The position numbers and the translations under genes are program-made. A stretch of 64,000 bases of DNA from positions 54,498,001-54,562,000 of the forward strand of contig OX597823.1 of assembly GCA_951406725.2 (NCBI GenBank), read 5' to 3'. Source of the DNA: Octopus vulgaris. Lineage: Eukaryota. Below, one piece after another: positions 1 through 11,092 of this stretch. A model generated the notes under the pieces. The model did no database searches. It saw only the letters and a list, made by a program, of their open reading frames with translations, and was not told where the DNA came from. Numbering within the stretch: the stretch's first letter is position 1; each line of letters opens with the position of its first letter.

Positions 1-939
1 CTTACAAAGAATAAGTCCTGGGGTTGATTTCTTTGAATAAAGAAAAAAACTCTTTAAGGCAGTGCTCCAGCATGGCCACAGTCAATTGACTGAAACAAGT
101 AAAAGAATATAGCTCCTCTACAGCAAGAAGCCTGTTCTGCTCCACCTCCTTCCTTCATACTTTAACCCCTCATCTAGCATAAAGCTAATCCCACCACTAA
201 GGGATCATAGCCTTTCTAGCTGCATTGCAATCTCAATAGTGCAGGTGCTATGAAAAAAGGCTTCAGTACAAACTATGAAGAGGGTTAGAGCTAGGAAAGG
301 CATCCAGTCATAGAAACAATACCAAAGCAGTCGCTAGAGTGTGATGCAGTCCATGGACACACAATGAGGAAGACAACCATCTCTAAAGATCCACTATGTT
401 ATCACTCAATGTACTATAAAACAGCAACCAAATCATCACAGCTTCACTGTTTTAAAAATGGGAAAGAAACATTGGATGATAGAATCCTAGATATACTTGG
501 CCAGTTCACAGACGACCTGGAGCTAAGCAACAACAGCAACAACGACCACTATATGTAAGTGAATAACCTGTGATTGATGTGGCTACTGTCAGATTATAAT
601 GCTGACGCAGCGCTTTATATGAAACGGTGACTGTGTTATAACTATCTCTTATCTGTCGCTAAGAACAGCAGTCAAACACCAGTTGGCACTGAGCGCTTTG
701 TACAAACAGCAGTTGTGTAGTTACTGTATCACTCTAAGAACAGTAACCAAACACCAGCCTTTGACTGCTGTGACTACTGTCAGAGATAATGCTGTATGCT
801 CTGTACAAACAGTAGTTGTATAGTAAAAATATCTCTCTAAGTACAGCAGCTGGACATCAATGATATTTCATGTAAAGCACAAAACAGTAGCTCATTACTT
901 CTGATTTCCAAATCTATTACATTTCATATATGATTTTTT

Positions 940-1333
940 TTTCTTTTACTTGTTTCAGTCATTAGACTGCAGCCATGCTGGGGCACTGCCTGGAAGAACT
1001 ATTAGTCAATTGAATTGACCCCAGAATGCAATTTCTTTTCATTTCTTTTCTTTTTTTTTTTTTTAAAGTTGGTACTTATTCTATTGGTCTCTTTTGCTGA
1101 ACCACTGAGTTAAGGAGATGTAAACACATCAACACTAGTGTGAAGCTGCTGTGTGGCACACACACACACACACACACTGGGCTTCTTTCAGCTTTCAACT
1201 ACCAAATCCACTTGCAAGGCTTTAGTCAGCCTAGAGTAGAAGACACTTGCCAAAGTGCCATGCAGTGGGGCTGAACCTGGAACCATGTGGGTGGGAAGCA
1301 AACTTCTTACCACACAGCCAAACCTGTACCTAT
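940..1333 (-). mobile_element. tRNA-derived SINE family A, diverged copy
   Basis: Colinear with the 5006-5429 copy; internal (CA)n. Confidence 0.85.
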
Positions 1334-1499
1334 AATCATGATAATTCTTTTACTGCTTTCATCCACTAGACTTTGGCCACTTTAGGGCACCACATTCAAA
1401 GGTTTTAGACACTCTCAATCCTATGTTATTTGGTATAGAAAAACAGATAAAGACTGAAAATTAAATAAAAGGAAGAAAAGCAAAGAAAATGGCAATCAC

Positions 1500-1580
1500 C
1501 TTAATAGGACAAGCTGCTGGTGTCCTCCAAGTAAATATATATTCACAGAATTCTGTTTCACTCTCAAAAGAAATATAATG
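1500..1580 (-). CDS. IGF2R: CI-MPR exon (end of repeat 8): HYISFESETEFCEYIFTWRTPAACPIK
   Basis: 81 nt; TAG acceptor, GTGATT donor; phase 0/0; absent from the ORF track. Confidence 0.9.
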
Positions 1581-2149
1581 CTAGAAAACAAAGAAAAGAG
1601 ATTGTATTTTTCAGTCAGCATATTTTTCAAATATCATTTTTGGGGTTTAAATTTTATTTTTTTAAATTTCTGTTCCATACTCTGCTGCACATTGATCCAT
1701 GTGGACAGTTCCAGTAGAGAATCAATTTTCTCCCTGCCCATAGGAAAAGGTCATTAGTCTCTCAATAATCCTTCCACCATTTCTTGAGAGAGGATGGTGT
1801 TTGTGTGATTCCCTGTAGCTCTTCTCAGAGTACAAGATAGCTATTTATCTAGCTAGAGTAAGAGTGAGAAAGAGAAAGAAAGAGATGGAAGTGGGTAGAT
1901 GGAAAAGAGAAAGAGAAAAGGAAGGGAGAGAATAAGAATTATCATCTGCAGTACATTCGTATTTTATCAAGTCCAGAATGATGAAAGACAAAATTAACAA
2001 CACTCATAGGATTTGAACTCAGGGTGCAGAGAACTAGATCAAATACTGCAAAGTCATTCTATCCAATAATCTATATTTTCCATTGAATGGACTTTAATCT
2101 TTTTGAGAAATTCACTGGAAAAGAACATTCTTTTTTTCCACATTTACCT

Positions 2150-2490
2150 TCTCTTTCAAGTGGGACATGAGAAATCGATATGAACTTGACTAAAGAGGAA
2201 AGTGCCTATCCTCAAACCTTTCAGCCTTATTCACAATATAACCTCTTTCAACATAACTGCCTACTCAAAAGAGAACGGCAGTGATCTTCACAATGGCCAA
2301 CAACAGGATCCATCTTACACAACAACAGCGACCTGATATAATGCACCAAGTGAGCAATGCCTGGACACAGAATGAGTGTGTGCAGAATGGTTTTATTGCT
2401 CCTCATGCATTTTGGACAGGTCTGTCTGTGCTTATAGAATTTGTCTTGAACAGGTAATCCCTCCCAGAAGCACTTTTCAGCTAAGGAATT
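2150..2490 (-). mobile_element. L1/Tx1-clade LINE 3' ORF2 relic
   Basis: WEGLPVQDK...CPKC...TILHTLILCP resembles the C-terminal CCHC zinc knuckle (zf-RVT) of L1/Tx1 ORF2. Confidence 0.65.
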
Positions 2491-2524
2491 CTGGAAAAAA
2501 TCCACAGTAACTGAAAATACTTAC

Positions 2525-2715
2525 CTCAACTGGGCTACAAAAGAAATTAATGCGAGTGCTCCGATGGCTTTCCTTGTCAGTGCCTTTATGACACAAGTCT
2601 CCATTGCGATAACGTAAACTCAGAGTTCCATCTGATAATGCAATGGGTTTACCTTGAACATAACCCATGTTATAGTCTCCTCGGCCTGGAGCTATTTGAC
2701 AACCACCAACATTAC
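2525..2715 (-). CDS. IGF2R: CI-MPR exon (repeat 8): NVGGCQIAPG...NGDLC...HRSTRINFFCSPVE
   Basis: 191 nt; CAG acceptor, GTAAGT donor; phase 1/0. Confidence 0.92.
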
Positions 2716-3489
2716 CTGAATATTAAAGAAATATCTCATTAAATAAATTGACTCTTAGAAAGCAATTATGAATCAAAATCTTTAAATTATTAGCATTTAG
2801 GTTAATGAACACTAAGCTTTTGAACGTACTTGTGCCACATGCCTAGCAATAATATTTTCCAATTAATTGCAATGAGACATCTCAGTATAAAAGTCAGCTA
2901 TTCTTTAAACTTAAAATATAAAGGCATTGTAAATACATTTGAGATCCTTTATAACTTAACCCCTCATTCTGTATATAAAAGGCTATATTAGGAATTGAAA
3001 TATTCTGAAAATGAATTAAAATCACATTGGTCTAATTTTTGATGATATGTTCTCATTAACTTGAATTCTAACCCACAGTAAAACTGAGTATGTTTATATA
3101 TACAAAATAAAAACAAAACAGATTATGCCTTTACAATGTATTACTGTTTTTTTTTTTTTGTTTTTTTTTTGCTAAAGGTATATAATGTTTATAAGGTTAA
3201 CATAATAAAGAAAAAGTTTGTGAATGAGTTGTGGTAGATTTCAGAAAATTTAAAATAGAAGATAAAAATAGTACAGTTATGATTATGCATTTTCATTTTA
3301 CTTCAGTTTTAACCCAGAACAATCTTTACGTATGGATTCAAAACAATAAGGTAAGGGAGCTTTTTTTTTTTTCAGAAGCAAAGTTATAAGTTAAAGGGTA
3401 ACATACTTTATCCTTCCTTAACCTCTTAAATCACTGAACCAGCGAAAAACCCTCTACATGATAGGATGTAATTTGAGGGAAATTTCAAC

Positions 3490-3975
3490 ATCATCATTTA
3501 ATGTCTGCTTTCCATGCTGGCATAGGTTAAACGGTTTGACTGGAACATGTAAGCTGGAGAGCTGCACTAGGTTCCAGCCTGATGTGGCATGGTTTCTACA
3601 GCTGGATGCCCTTCCTAACACCAACCACTTCAAGAGTGTAATGGGTGCTTTTTATGTACCACTGGCATGGGTGTCATTTACATGACACTGACAACTGCCA
3701 CAACTACGATTTCATGGGTACTATTTACATGACACTAGCAATGGTCATGATTATGGTTTCACTTGGCTTGACAAGTCTTCTGAAGCACAGCACATTGCCA
3801 AAGGTCTTGAACACTTGTCATTGCCTCTGTTGAGGCCCAACATTTGAAGATCATGTTTCACCTCTTTGTCCCTCACCTCTGTGAGGCCCAATATTTGAAG
3901 ATCATGCTACTGGCAATGGCTATGATTATGATTCCATGGGTGCTATTTACTTGACACCAGCAACAGCCATGATTA
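3490..3975 (-). mobile_element. RTE LINE 3'-end fragment
   Basis: Begins catcatcatttaatgtc...ttccatgctggcat; reverse complement of the 13600-13770 tail. Confidence 0.75.
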
Positions 3976-4154
3976 CATGCTATATATTTTTATCAAGTCA
4001 AGCAATCGTCTTAAAAACAAGGAAGGACACATTAGATAGTGGTACCATCAAGACTGGAATACCTTTGATCATAATCCTGTTTAGTTGGGAGTGGAGCAAC
4101 AAGCTCTCACAGCCATTGAACCTCACTGTATACAAATAACTAATTAAAATTTAC

Positions 4155-4445
4155 CTGCACAAGTTGTATTGCCTGTATAATCATTAATTGGTGAGCAAAT
4201 GTTGATGATGTACTTCATACTTCCAACAGGAAGTTCCCAGTTGCCGTTTTGCTTTGTCAATCGGGACAAATCATATTGGTTACCAAGACGGTCTTGAACA
4301 ACACAATCAACTGTCTGTGGTGGACAAGCAAGAGGAGTATCAAACTGGAATATGTAGCTGCTTTCAGTTGTTCTCACCAAACTGAGAATGCCTAAATCTG
4401 TCTCTTTGGCACAGACAAAATTAATTGTTACCTTGAAAAGAGAAC
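4155..4445 (-). CDS. IGF2R: CI-MPR exon (repeat 7/8): SLFKVTINFVC...DTPLACPPQTVDC...YIINICSPI...TCA
   Basis: 291 nt; CAG acceptor, GTAAAT donor; phase 1/1. Confidence 0.93.
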
Positions 4446-5005
4446 CTGAATGAAGAGGAAAAAGCAAATCAAAGATATGGAAACAAAAAAAAAAAAAGAA
4501 AGAAATAAGGAAAATTTGGCACAAAGAACAAATGCATTAGGAGACTTTGCTTTTATTCATGTCTGTCTGTATGTGTGTGTGCATGTGTGTAGTATGTTAA
4601 TATGCATTCACATACTACATGTGAATACATGTAACAGGTGCAAATTTGTTTGTGTTAATAAGCCATCACACACGAGCAAACAAGCATGCTTAACTAAGAG
4701 TATTACAGCATGCACATAATCTGTTCCCTGTGTCTGTTTAATATTATCATTCTATTTAAACACAGTGTTTTTAATGGCTTAAAGAAGAGAAAGGACAATG
4801 CCCAGGACTTTTCAGTAGGACCTACAATGCTAGTGGGAGGAAACTAAAGGAGAAATTTACTTGTAGGCTGCTGCAGTAGGAAGCAACATATTGAGATATT
4901 GGACTGCCTTCACATGGAGACCCAGTTCCAATTCTTTCAACAGTGTATGGACTTGCCAAAGGTACCCAAAAGTGAAGCAGTCATTTTCAACTGGTTGATG
5001 AACTA

Positions 5006-5208
5006 ACTCTTTACTCTTTTACTTGTTTCAGTCATTTGACTGCGGCCATGCTGGAGCACCGCCTTTAGTCAAGCAAATCGACCCCGGGACTTATTCTTTG
5101 GAAGCCCAGTACTTAATCTATCGGTCTCTTTTGCTGAACCGCTAAGTGACGGGGACGTAAACACACCAGCATCGGTTGTCAAGCAATGCTAGGGGGACAA
5201 ACACAGAA

Positions 5209-5255
<47 letters not shown>

Positions 5256-5429
5256 CATATAGACGATGGGATTCTTTCAGTGTCCATCTACCAAATCCAC
5301 TCACAAGGCATTAGTCGGCCCGGGGCTATAGCAGAAGACACTTGCCCAAGATGCCACGCAGTGGGACTGAACCCGGAACCATGTGGTTGGTTAGCAAGCT
5401 ACTTACCACACAGCCACTCCTGCGCCTAT
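5006..5429 (-). mobile_element. tRNA-derived SINE family A (CORE-like), young full-length copy
   Basis: Pol III A box TGGCTGTGTGG, B box GGTTCAGTCCC, CORE-like CTTGGGCAAGTGTCTT, internal (TA)n(TG)n, GTAAAAGA tail. Further full or partial copies near 1-108, 17055-17467, 18118, 25715, 29790, 35112, 38558-38960, 39320-39655, 45045-45388, 62725-63107. Confidence 0.9.
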
Positions 5430-5542
5430 GTACACTATGTAACAAAATAAATACAGAAGAATAAGAAACTGGGACATAGATGAAATATAGTAGTAGTAAT
5501 TATGATAGGCCATTTTGCAAAACAAAAAGTTTTAAATCTTAC

Positions 5543-5717
5543 CATCAGATAAATGTTTTCCAGCATAGACCAGCTGTAAATGTCTGTCAGTCAGTTCTAG
5601 TTCAGTATTAACAGCTGCCAGACCAGTTACTGTACCTGAGACTTGTTCACAAACTGCTGCTTTTGAATTGTCAGGCATGGTACAGCCAGGCAAATTCACA
5701 GGTCCACAAATGTTCAA
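5543..5717 (-). CDS. IGF2R: CI-MPR exon (repeat 7): LNICGPVNLPGC...LQLVYAGKHLSD
   Basis: 175 nt; CAG acceptor, GTAAGA donor; phase 0/1. Confidence 0.92.
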
Positions 5718-7426
5718 CTGGAGGCAGATAAACAAACAGATTAACACATAAACAGCTGCAAAAATTTAAGTAACCATTCCTTCTGCTATTTTTTTAAGCC
5801 ACAAAAGCAATATATTTGTGGTATTTTGGAAATGGCTCTTCACATTCTAAGTTCAAATTCCATCCAAGATCACTTTGCTTTTAATTTGCAGAGTTAAATG
5901 AAGGAGCAGTTGAGAAAAATAACTTTCAGGGGTTGATTTAATTGATTAAACCCGTGTGTGACTACAATCAGATGACTGAAACCAGAAAAAATAAAGATAC
6001 AGAAAAACTATTTTTAAGGGATATGTGTAAGTGTGGCTATGAAACACAGAAGCCATGTGGCATTGCTACCATTTGGCTTACATTTGCCATGTAACAGTTT
6101 TCCCTTTTTTAAACGCATTTCTGCTGAGGTCAACTTTGCCTTTCATCCTTTTGGGTTCGATAAATTAGATACCAGTTGCATACTGGGGTTGATCTAATCA
6201 ACTGGCCCCCTCCCCCAAAATTTTGGGCCTTGTACCTAGAGTAGAAAATAATGTAAGAATATTTCAAATGAAATTTTTTTTCCTCCAACAGGATTAATGA
6301 CTGTGTGCCAAACCAAGAGCTTATAGGACATGTCAGGTCACGTCAAAAGTGATCAAATATTGATAATCATGCTAAAGTTTCATTAACTAAACCAGCAATA
6401 CAACACAACTAAATTTTTTATGAGTGATTGGAATAAAAACCAATGCCTGTCTACAAGGGTAGGTGACCTAAACCAGAAGTCAACAGCTATCCATCTAAAT
6501 ATGGAACAACCCCATCAAGGCTTTTGAACCTAGCATTGTTGATGCTTAGCAATCTTTTCATTCAGTTGTCTCTCTCAGAGTTACTAGACTTGTCTTTACA
6601 CTGACCTAGGGAGACCTAGGAGAGAGAAGCATCTTGATAGGTAAGGAGAACTACACTCCTGTCCTATAATGACTGTTAGTGAAACCAATAATCAGCAGGA
6701 AACATAAACCAAAGGGCAGGGGTGTGTACCATCGCCTTTTATATCTGAAGATTTGTTTCAGTCATTTGTTAAAATACAAATGAGCTAAGAGAAACCACTC
6801 AGAAAGGACAATGGCATGTATTTGAACAACATAGACAAAATCCAAGCATATCAAATACCATACAACATAAAGTCTTAAATTATTAAAATATTCTTTGTCT
6901 CTAGATGTGTCACAATTATCAAATGGCAAACAATGCCAGCTCTATATGAGAAAGGGAGATAATTTCAAGACTCAAGAATTCTCCAAAGGTGTCATGCCAT
7001 TTAAGAAAAGGACAAGCTTAGTGTCTAGAGATTAGAGGATATTTGTGTTCACATGTTCTTCCCTCAATAGACATAATCAGCACAATTGTCCAAACTTATC
7101 TCCAGTAACCATGGAACTCAGACTTATACAAAAAAGTAAAGAGTAGAATACATTTATGGCCTAAGTAATTCGTATGATTTAAACAAAAGTGAGCTAAGAG
7201 AAATAACTTGGGCTAGCTAGTGGTATGTATTTGAACAACAGACTAATTTTCCCAATGTTAATTTACAATGACCCATTTCAAATGATAATCTTAATAACAG
7301 GTTCTCTGAAGAAGAGCAGTTCATATACTTAAAAGCATTTGAGAATCGGTAAGCTCTTAGCACAATGTGACTGAGGCATAATTAAACTTGTTTTAATTCA
7401 CTTAACACCTCTTTTATTATTATTAT

Positions 7427-7900
7427 AAGGCAGTGAGCTGACAGAATCGTTAGCACACCGGGCAAAATGATTAGCAGTATTTTATTTGTCACTATGTTCT
7501 AAGTGAAAATTCTGCCGAGGTTGACTTTGCCTTTCATTCTTTGAGGGTTGGTTAAAAAAGTACCAGTTACCCATGGGTCGTTGTAATCAACTTAACCCCT
7601 TCCCCCAAATTTGAGGCTTTGTGCTTCCAGTAGAAAGAATTACTATTATTATTATTATAATGTGATGGTAAGCTGGCAGAATCGTTAGCATACCAAGTGG
7701 TATTTCACTTGTTGCTATACTCTGAGTTCAAATTCCGCCAAGGTCAAATTTGCCTTTCATCTTTTTGAGGTCGATAAATTAAAGTACCAGTTATGCACTG
7801 GGATCGATGTAATCAACTATTCCTCTCCCCACAAATTCCAGGCCTTGTGCTTATAGTAGAAAGGATAATTAAGGCAGCAAGCTGGCAGAATCGTTAGCAT
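7427..7900 (+). mobile_element. Tandem cluster of SINE family B (two copies plus a truncated head)
   Basis: Repeated aaggcrgcgagctggcagaatcgttagca...gttcaaattccgccgaggtcgactttgcctttcatcc...gtaccagtt; same family as 48668-48900. Confidence 0.85.
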
Positions 7901-8144
7901 GGTGAGTATTAACATAGTACTTGAGACTTGTTCACAAACTGACTTGGTGATAGACTAAGTAAATGGATATTATGTAACACCTTTCATCAATTTTGTAGAT
8001 TATGTAAAAGGGTATATGTAACACCTTTCATCAATTTGGAGTCAATGAGGGATCTTGGATTTAAACAACATAATTATAAATCCTAATCTCCACAGAAAAA
8101 AAATCAAAGAGAAATTTTAGTTGAAAAAAATTAAATACACTTAC

Positions 8145-8351
8145 ATAGAATTTACGAGACTGTGAAACAATACTGTAAGATCCATCCCTTGTCAAAGGCT
8201 GCAGATTATAAATGTAACCAGAATTGGTGTCCTTTACTGAGCATTTCTCCTTATTGCTTTCTGTGCTGGTCTGAATACATGCAGCTGGAGTGTTCCACAA
8301 GAATACATAATGACACCCTGAATTGATATTTAACAAACTTGGACCATGCTC
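8145..8351 (-). CDS. IGF2R: CI-MPR exon (repeat 6/7): EHGPSLL...CHYVFLWNTPAAC...YNLQPL...RKFY
   Basis: 207 nt; CAG acceptor, GTAAGT donor; phase 0/0. Confidence 0.92.
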
Positions 8352-8420
8352 CTGTCAAAGATATCAAACCATAGAAAAGCTGAGAAAGTTTCTTTGCAAT
8401 GTCTTTTTTTTTTTTAATGC

Positions 8421-8510
8421 TTATTTTATTTTATTTTAAATTTATTTTATTTTATTTTAAATTTATTTTATTTTATTTTAAATTTATTTTATTTTATTTT
8501 ATTTTAAATT
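8421..8510. repeat. (TTTTA)n simple repeat with a 20-bp higher-order period
   Basis: ttattttattttattttaaat repeated. Confidence 0.9.
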
Positions 8511-9034
8511 TCAGAGTTCTTTAAATTGACAGGATCTCTCTCTTAATTCATCTGTTGGTCTCCCTTTATTTCTCTGTATTTTTCTGGTAGAGCCTATGAT
8601 TTGTGCAAGGCCAGTAAGACTAGTAGGTAGAAAGGGAGTGGAGAAAAATTCACCACTTGCTGTAATAGGCATCAGTACATCGAGAAAATGAATTATTCAC
8701 AGACTAGAGACCTTGTCCAATTGCTTGCAACTTAATGGACTCTGTTCAAGGCACTCAAAGATCAGACGGTAGTATCAAACTAGTGAACAATATGTCAGCC
8801 ATTTAATTAGTCATGATGGGGTAAAATAAGTGCTTTCAAATTTTTATTTCTACAGACAGAATATGAAGATACTACAAATGAAAGGTGGAAACTACCTCAA
8901 CTAACAGCAATAACACTAAGACTGCTACAGGTGTGAAATTTGCCAAATGCTGTCCCATGGCATACGTCATTGTCCACTTTCACATCAGAATGTTATGCTC
9001 AAAAAACAATTTGGTATAAAAACCAGTAGTATAA

Positions 9035-9729
9035 AAGCACTCCATTGGTTATGATGACAAGGGTTCTAGTTGATTTGATCAACAAAACAGCCCGTTTATG
9101 AAATTAACAAGCAAATGGATGAGTACTCCACAAAGTATGTTTCTCAGGGAGGTTCAGCATGACACAGAATGTGACAAGGCTGGCCCTTTGAACTACAGGT
9201 GAGTCGACTGGAGGAATGTCAAATAAAATGTCTTGCTCAAGGACACAACATGCTTCTGGGAATGAAACTCATGACCTTATAATCATAGGCACAGGAGTGG
9301 CTGTGTGGTAAGTAGCTTGCTAACCAACCACATGGTTCCGGGTTCAGTCCCACTGTGGCATCTTGGGCAAATTTCTTCTGCTATAGCTCCGGGCCGACCA
9401 ATGCCTGGTGAGTGGATTTGGTAGACGGAAACTGAAAGAAGCCTGTCGTATATATATATATATATATGTGTGTGTCTGTGTTTGTCCCCCCTAACATTGC
9501 TTGACAACCGATGCTGGTGTGTTTACGTCCCTGTCACTTAGTGGTTCGGCAAAAGAGGCCGATAGAATAAGTACTGGGCTTAGAATGAATAAGTCCCGGG
9601 GTTGATTTGCTCGACTAAAGGCGGTGCTCCAGCATGGCCGCAGTCAAATGACTGAAACAGAGTAAAAGAGTAAAAGTAAAAGAGAGAGAGTAAGCCAATT
9701 ACCCAAACCACTAAGCCATGCACGTTCAG
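9035..9729 (-). mobile_element. SINE family C copy interrupted by a family A SINE
   Basis: 9035-9284 and 9691-9729 join to match the uninterrupted copy at 30910-31245. Confidence 0.75.
9285..9690 (+). mobile_element. tRNA-derived SINE family A, young full-length copy
   Basis: Near-identical reverse complement of 5006-5429. Confidence 0.9.
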
Positions 9730-10335
9730 TAATACACATCATCATAAAATACACAATATAATAGTCAAATAATCATTAACATATTTAATGTAGGGATCAA
9801 TCAAAAGCCAACTATGAACAATAATGCAATGAAGTATAATGAAGCATAGACCTCACTATATTTGCTGAAAAGATGATAAGAGATGTACTAAATAAAATGT
9901 ACAGCTCCAGACTGAAACAAAATGAGCCAAAAGGAGCTCATATGTGGTATTCCATCCTGCTAAAAACAGCAGTCAAATATACACCTACAAACTTAAATAA
10001 AGTAAGAAAACATTAAATAATGAAGTTCTACATAGCCCTAAGAAGACAACATGAACATGGTTGGAATGATTATAGGTCAGATCATGCAAACTTGGGAATG
10101 AAATAATCTTACATTGCTAGAAATAGTTTCAAAACCTCTCTCAAATTATATTGTATTATGTTGTGTTAAAATGGAAGGAGAGAAACATACAAGATAAAAT
10201 AGTTCTGGATACATTCTACCTTAATAATGGGATGGACATAGCTTGAAAACCTTAGGAGATAGGCCTGTTCAGTAAAGATTGGTCTAAGGGTTAAACCACA
10301 ACAATGAATCCTATTTCAACTTTTCTTTTACTTAC

Positions 10336-10500
10336 TGATATTTTCTTTGTGCAGTGGAAATGGATTGTTGTGGAATAGTTGGTCAGTTTGTGATCAGTGT
10401 CCGTACATGCTTTACCATTGGTGTATTCCAATACAATGTTATCTCCTTTCTTCTGAAGACCTTTAACAACTTCTCCAAGGTTTTCATTAGCAATCACTTC
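10336..10500 (-). CDS. IGF2R: CI-MPR exon (repeat 6): EVIANENLG...LEYTNGKAC...TIHFHCTKKIS
   Basis: 165 nt; CAG acceptor, GTAAGT donor; phase 0/0. Confidence 0.92.
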
Positions 10501-10720
10501 CTGTGAAAATAAAATAAAGAAATATATAAATCTAAACGGGAAACACTGAAAATAAAAAAAAGTGTAAGCGTAAGAGCAGACAGCATAATGGCTCCAAATA
10601 CTGTCTCAACTGATTCAATTGTTCTCTGGAGAATCATTGGCTAATTAGAGTGTAAGTATTTTTTTACCTTTAACCTCTTAACATACATTTTTGTTTTCAA
10701 TTTCCATGTAAAAAAAATAT

Positions 10721-10881
10721 CATCATCATCATCATTTAATGTCCGCTTTCCATGCTAGCATGGGTTGGACGATTTGACAGAGGTCTGGCGAACCAGATGA
10801 CTGCGCCAGACTCCAATCTGATCTGGCAGAGTTTCTACAGCTGGATGCCCTTCCTAACGCCAACCACTCCAAGAGTGAAGT
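10721..10881 (-). mobile_element. RTE LINE 3'-end fragment with TSD
   Basis: (CAT)n tail; aaaaaatat at 10712-10720 and 10882-10890. Confidence 0.8.
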
Positions 10882-11092
10882 AAAAAATATGTTTATTATT
10901 TATTTTGAATCTGTATATAAAGAAGAATAAATGCACCTATTATTTTGGATTAGTCATGATTTATTGTGAAGTTACTAATAAAAATGATAGTTACTGATAG
11001 TTAATGATAGAAAGTGGGAATAAACACCATGAATGAAGTATTTGGGGTTAGTAATTAAGTGACATACTTCAGAGTACAGAGAACATATATTT

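Noticed and set aside
6780-7245. Two ~55-bp similar segments as possible LTRs
   Set aside because: Too short and diverged; no TG...CA ends, primer-binding site or internal coding relic
7971-8036. Short direct duplications (also 49250-49305)
   Set aside because: Ordinary slippage or repair duplications
9285-9365. tRNA genes at SINE heads (also 43708)
   Set aside because: A and B boxes are present but run into SINE bodies without a proper cloverleaf
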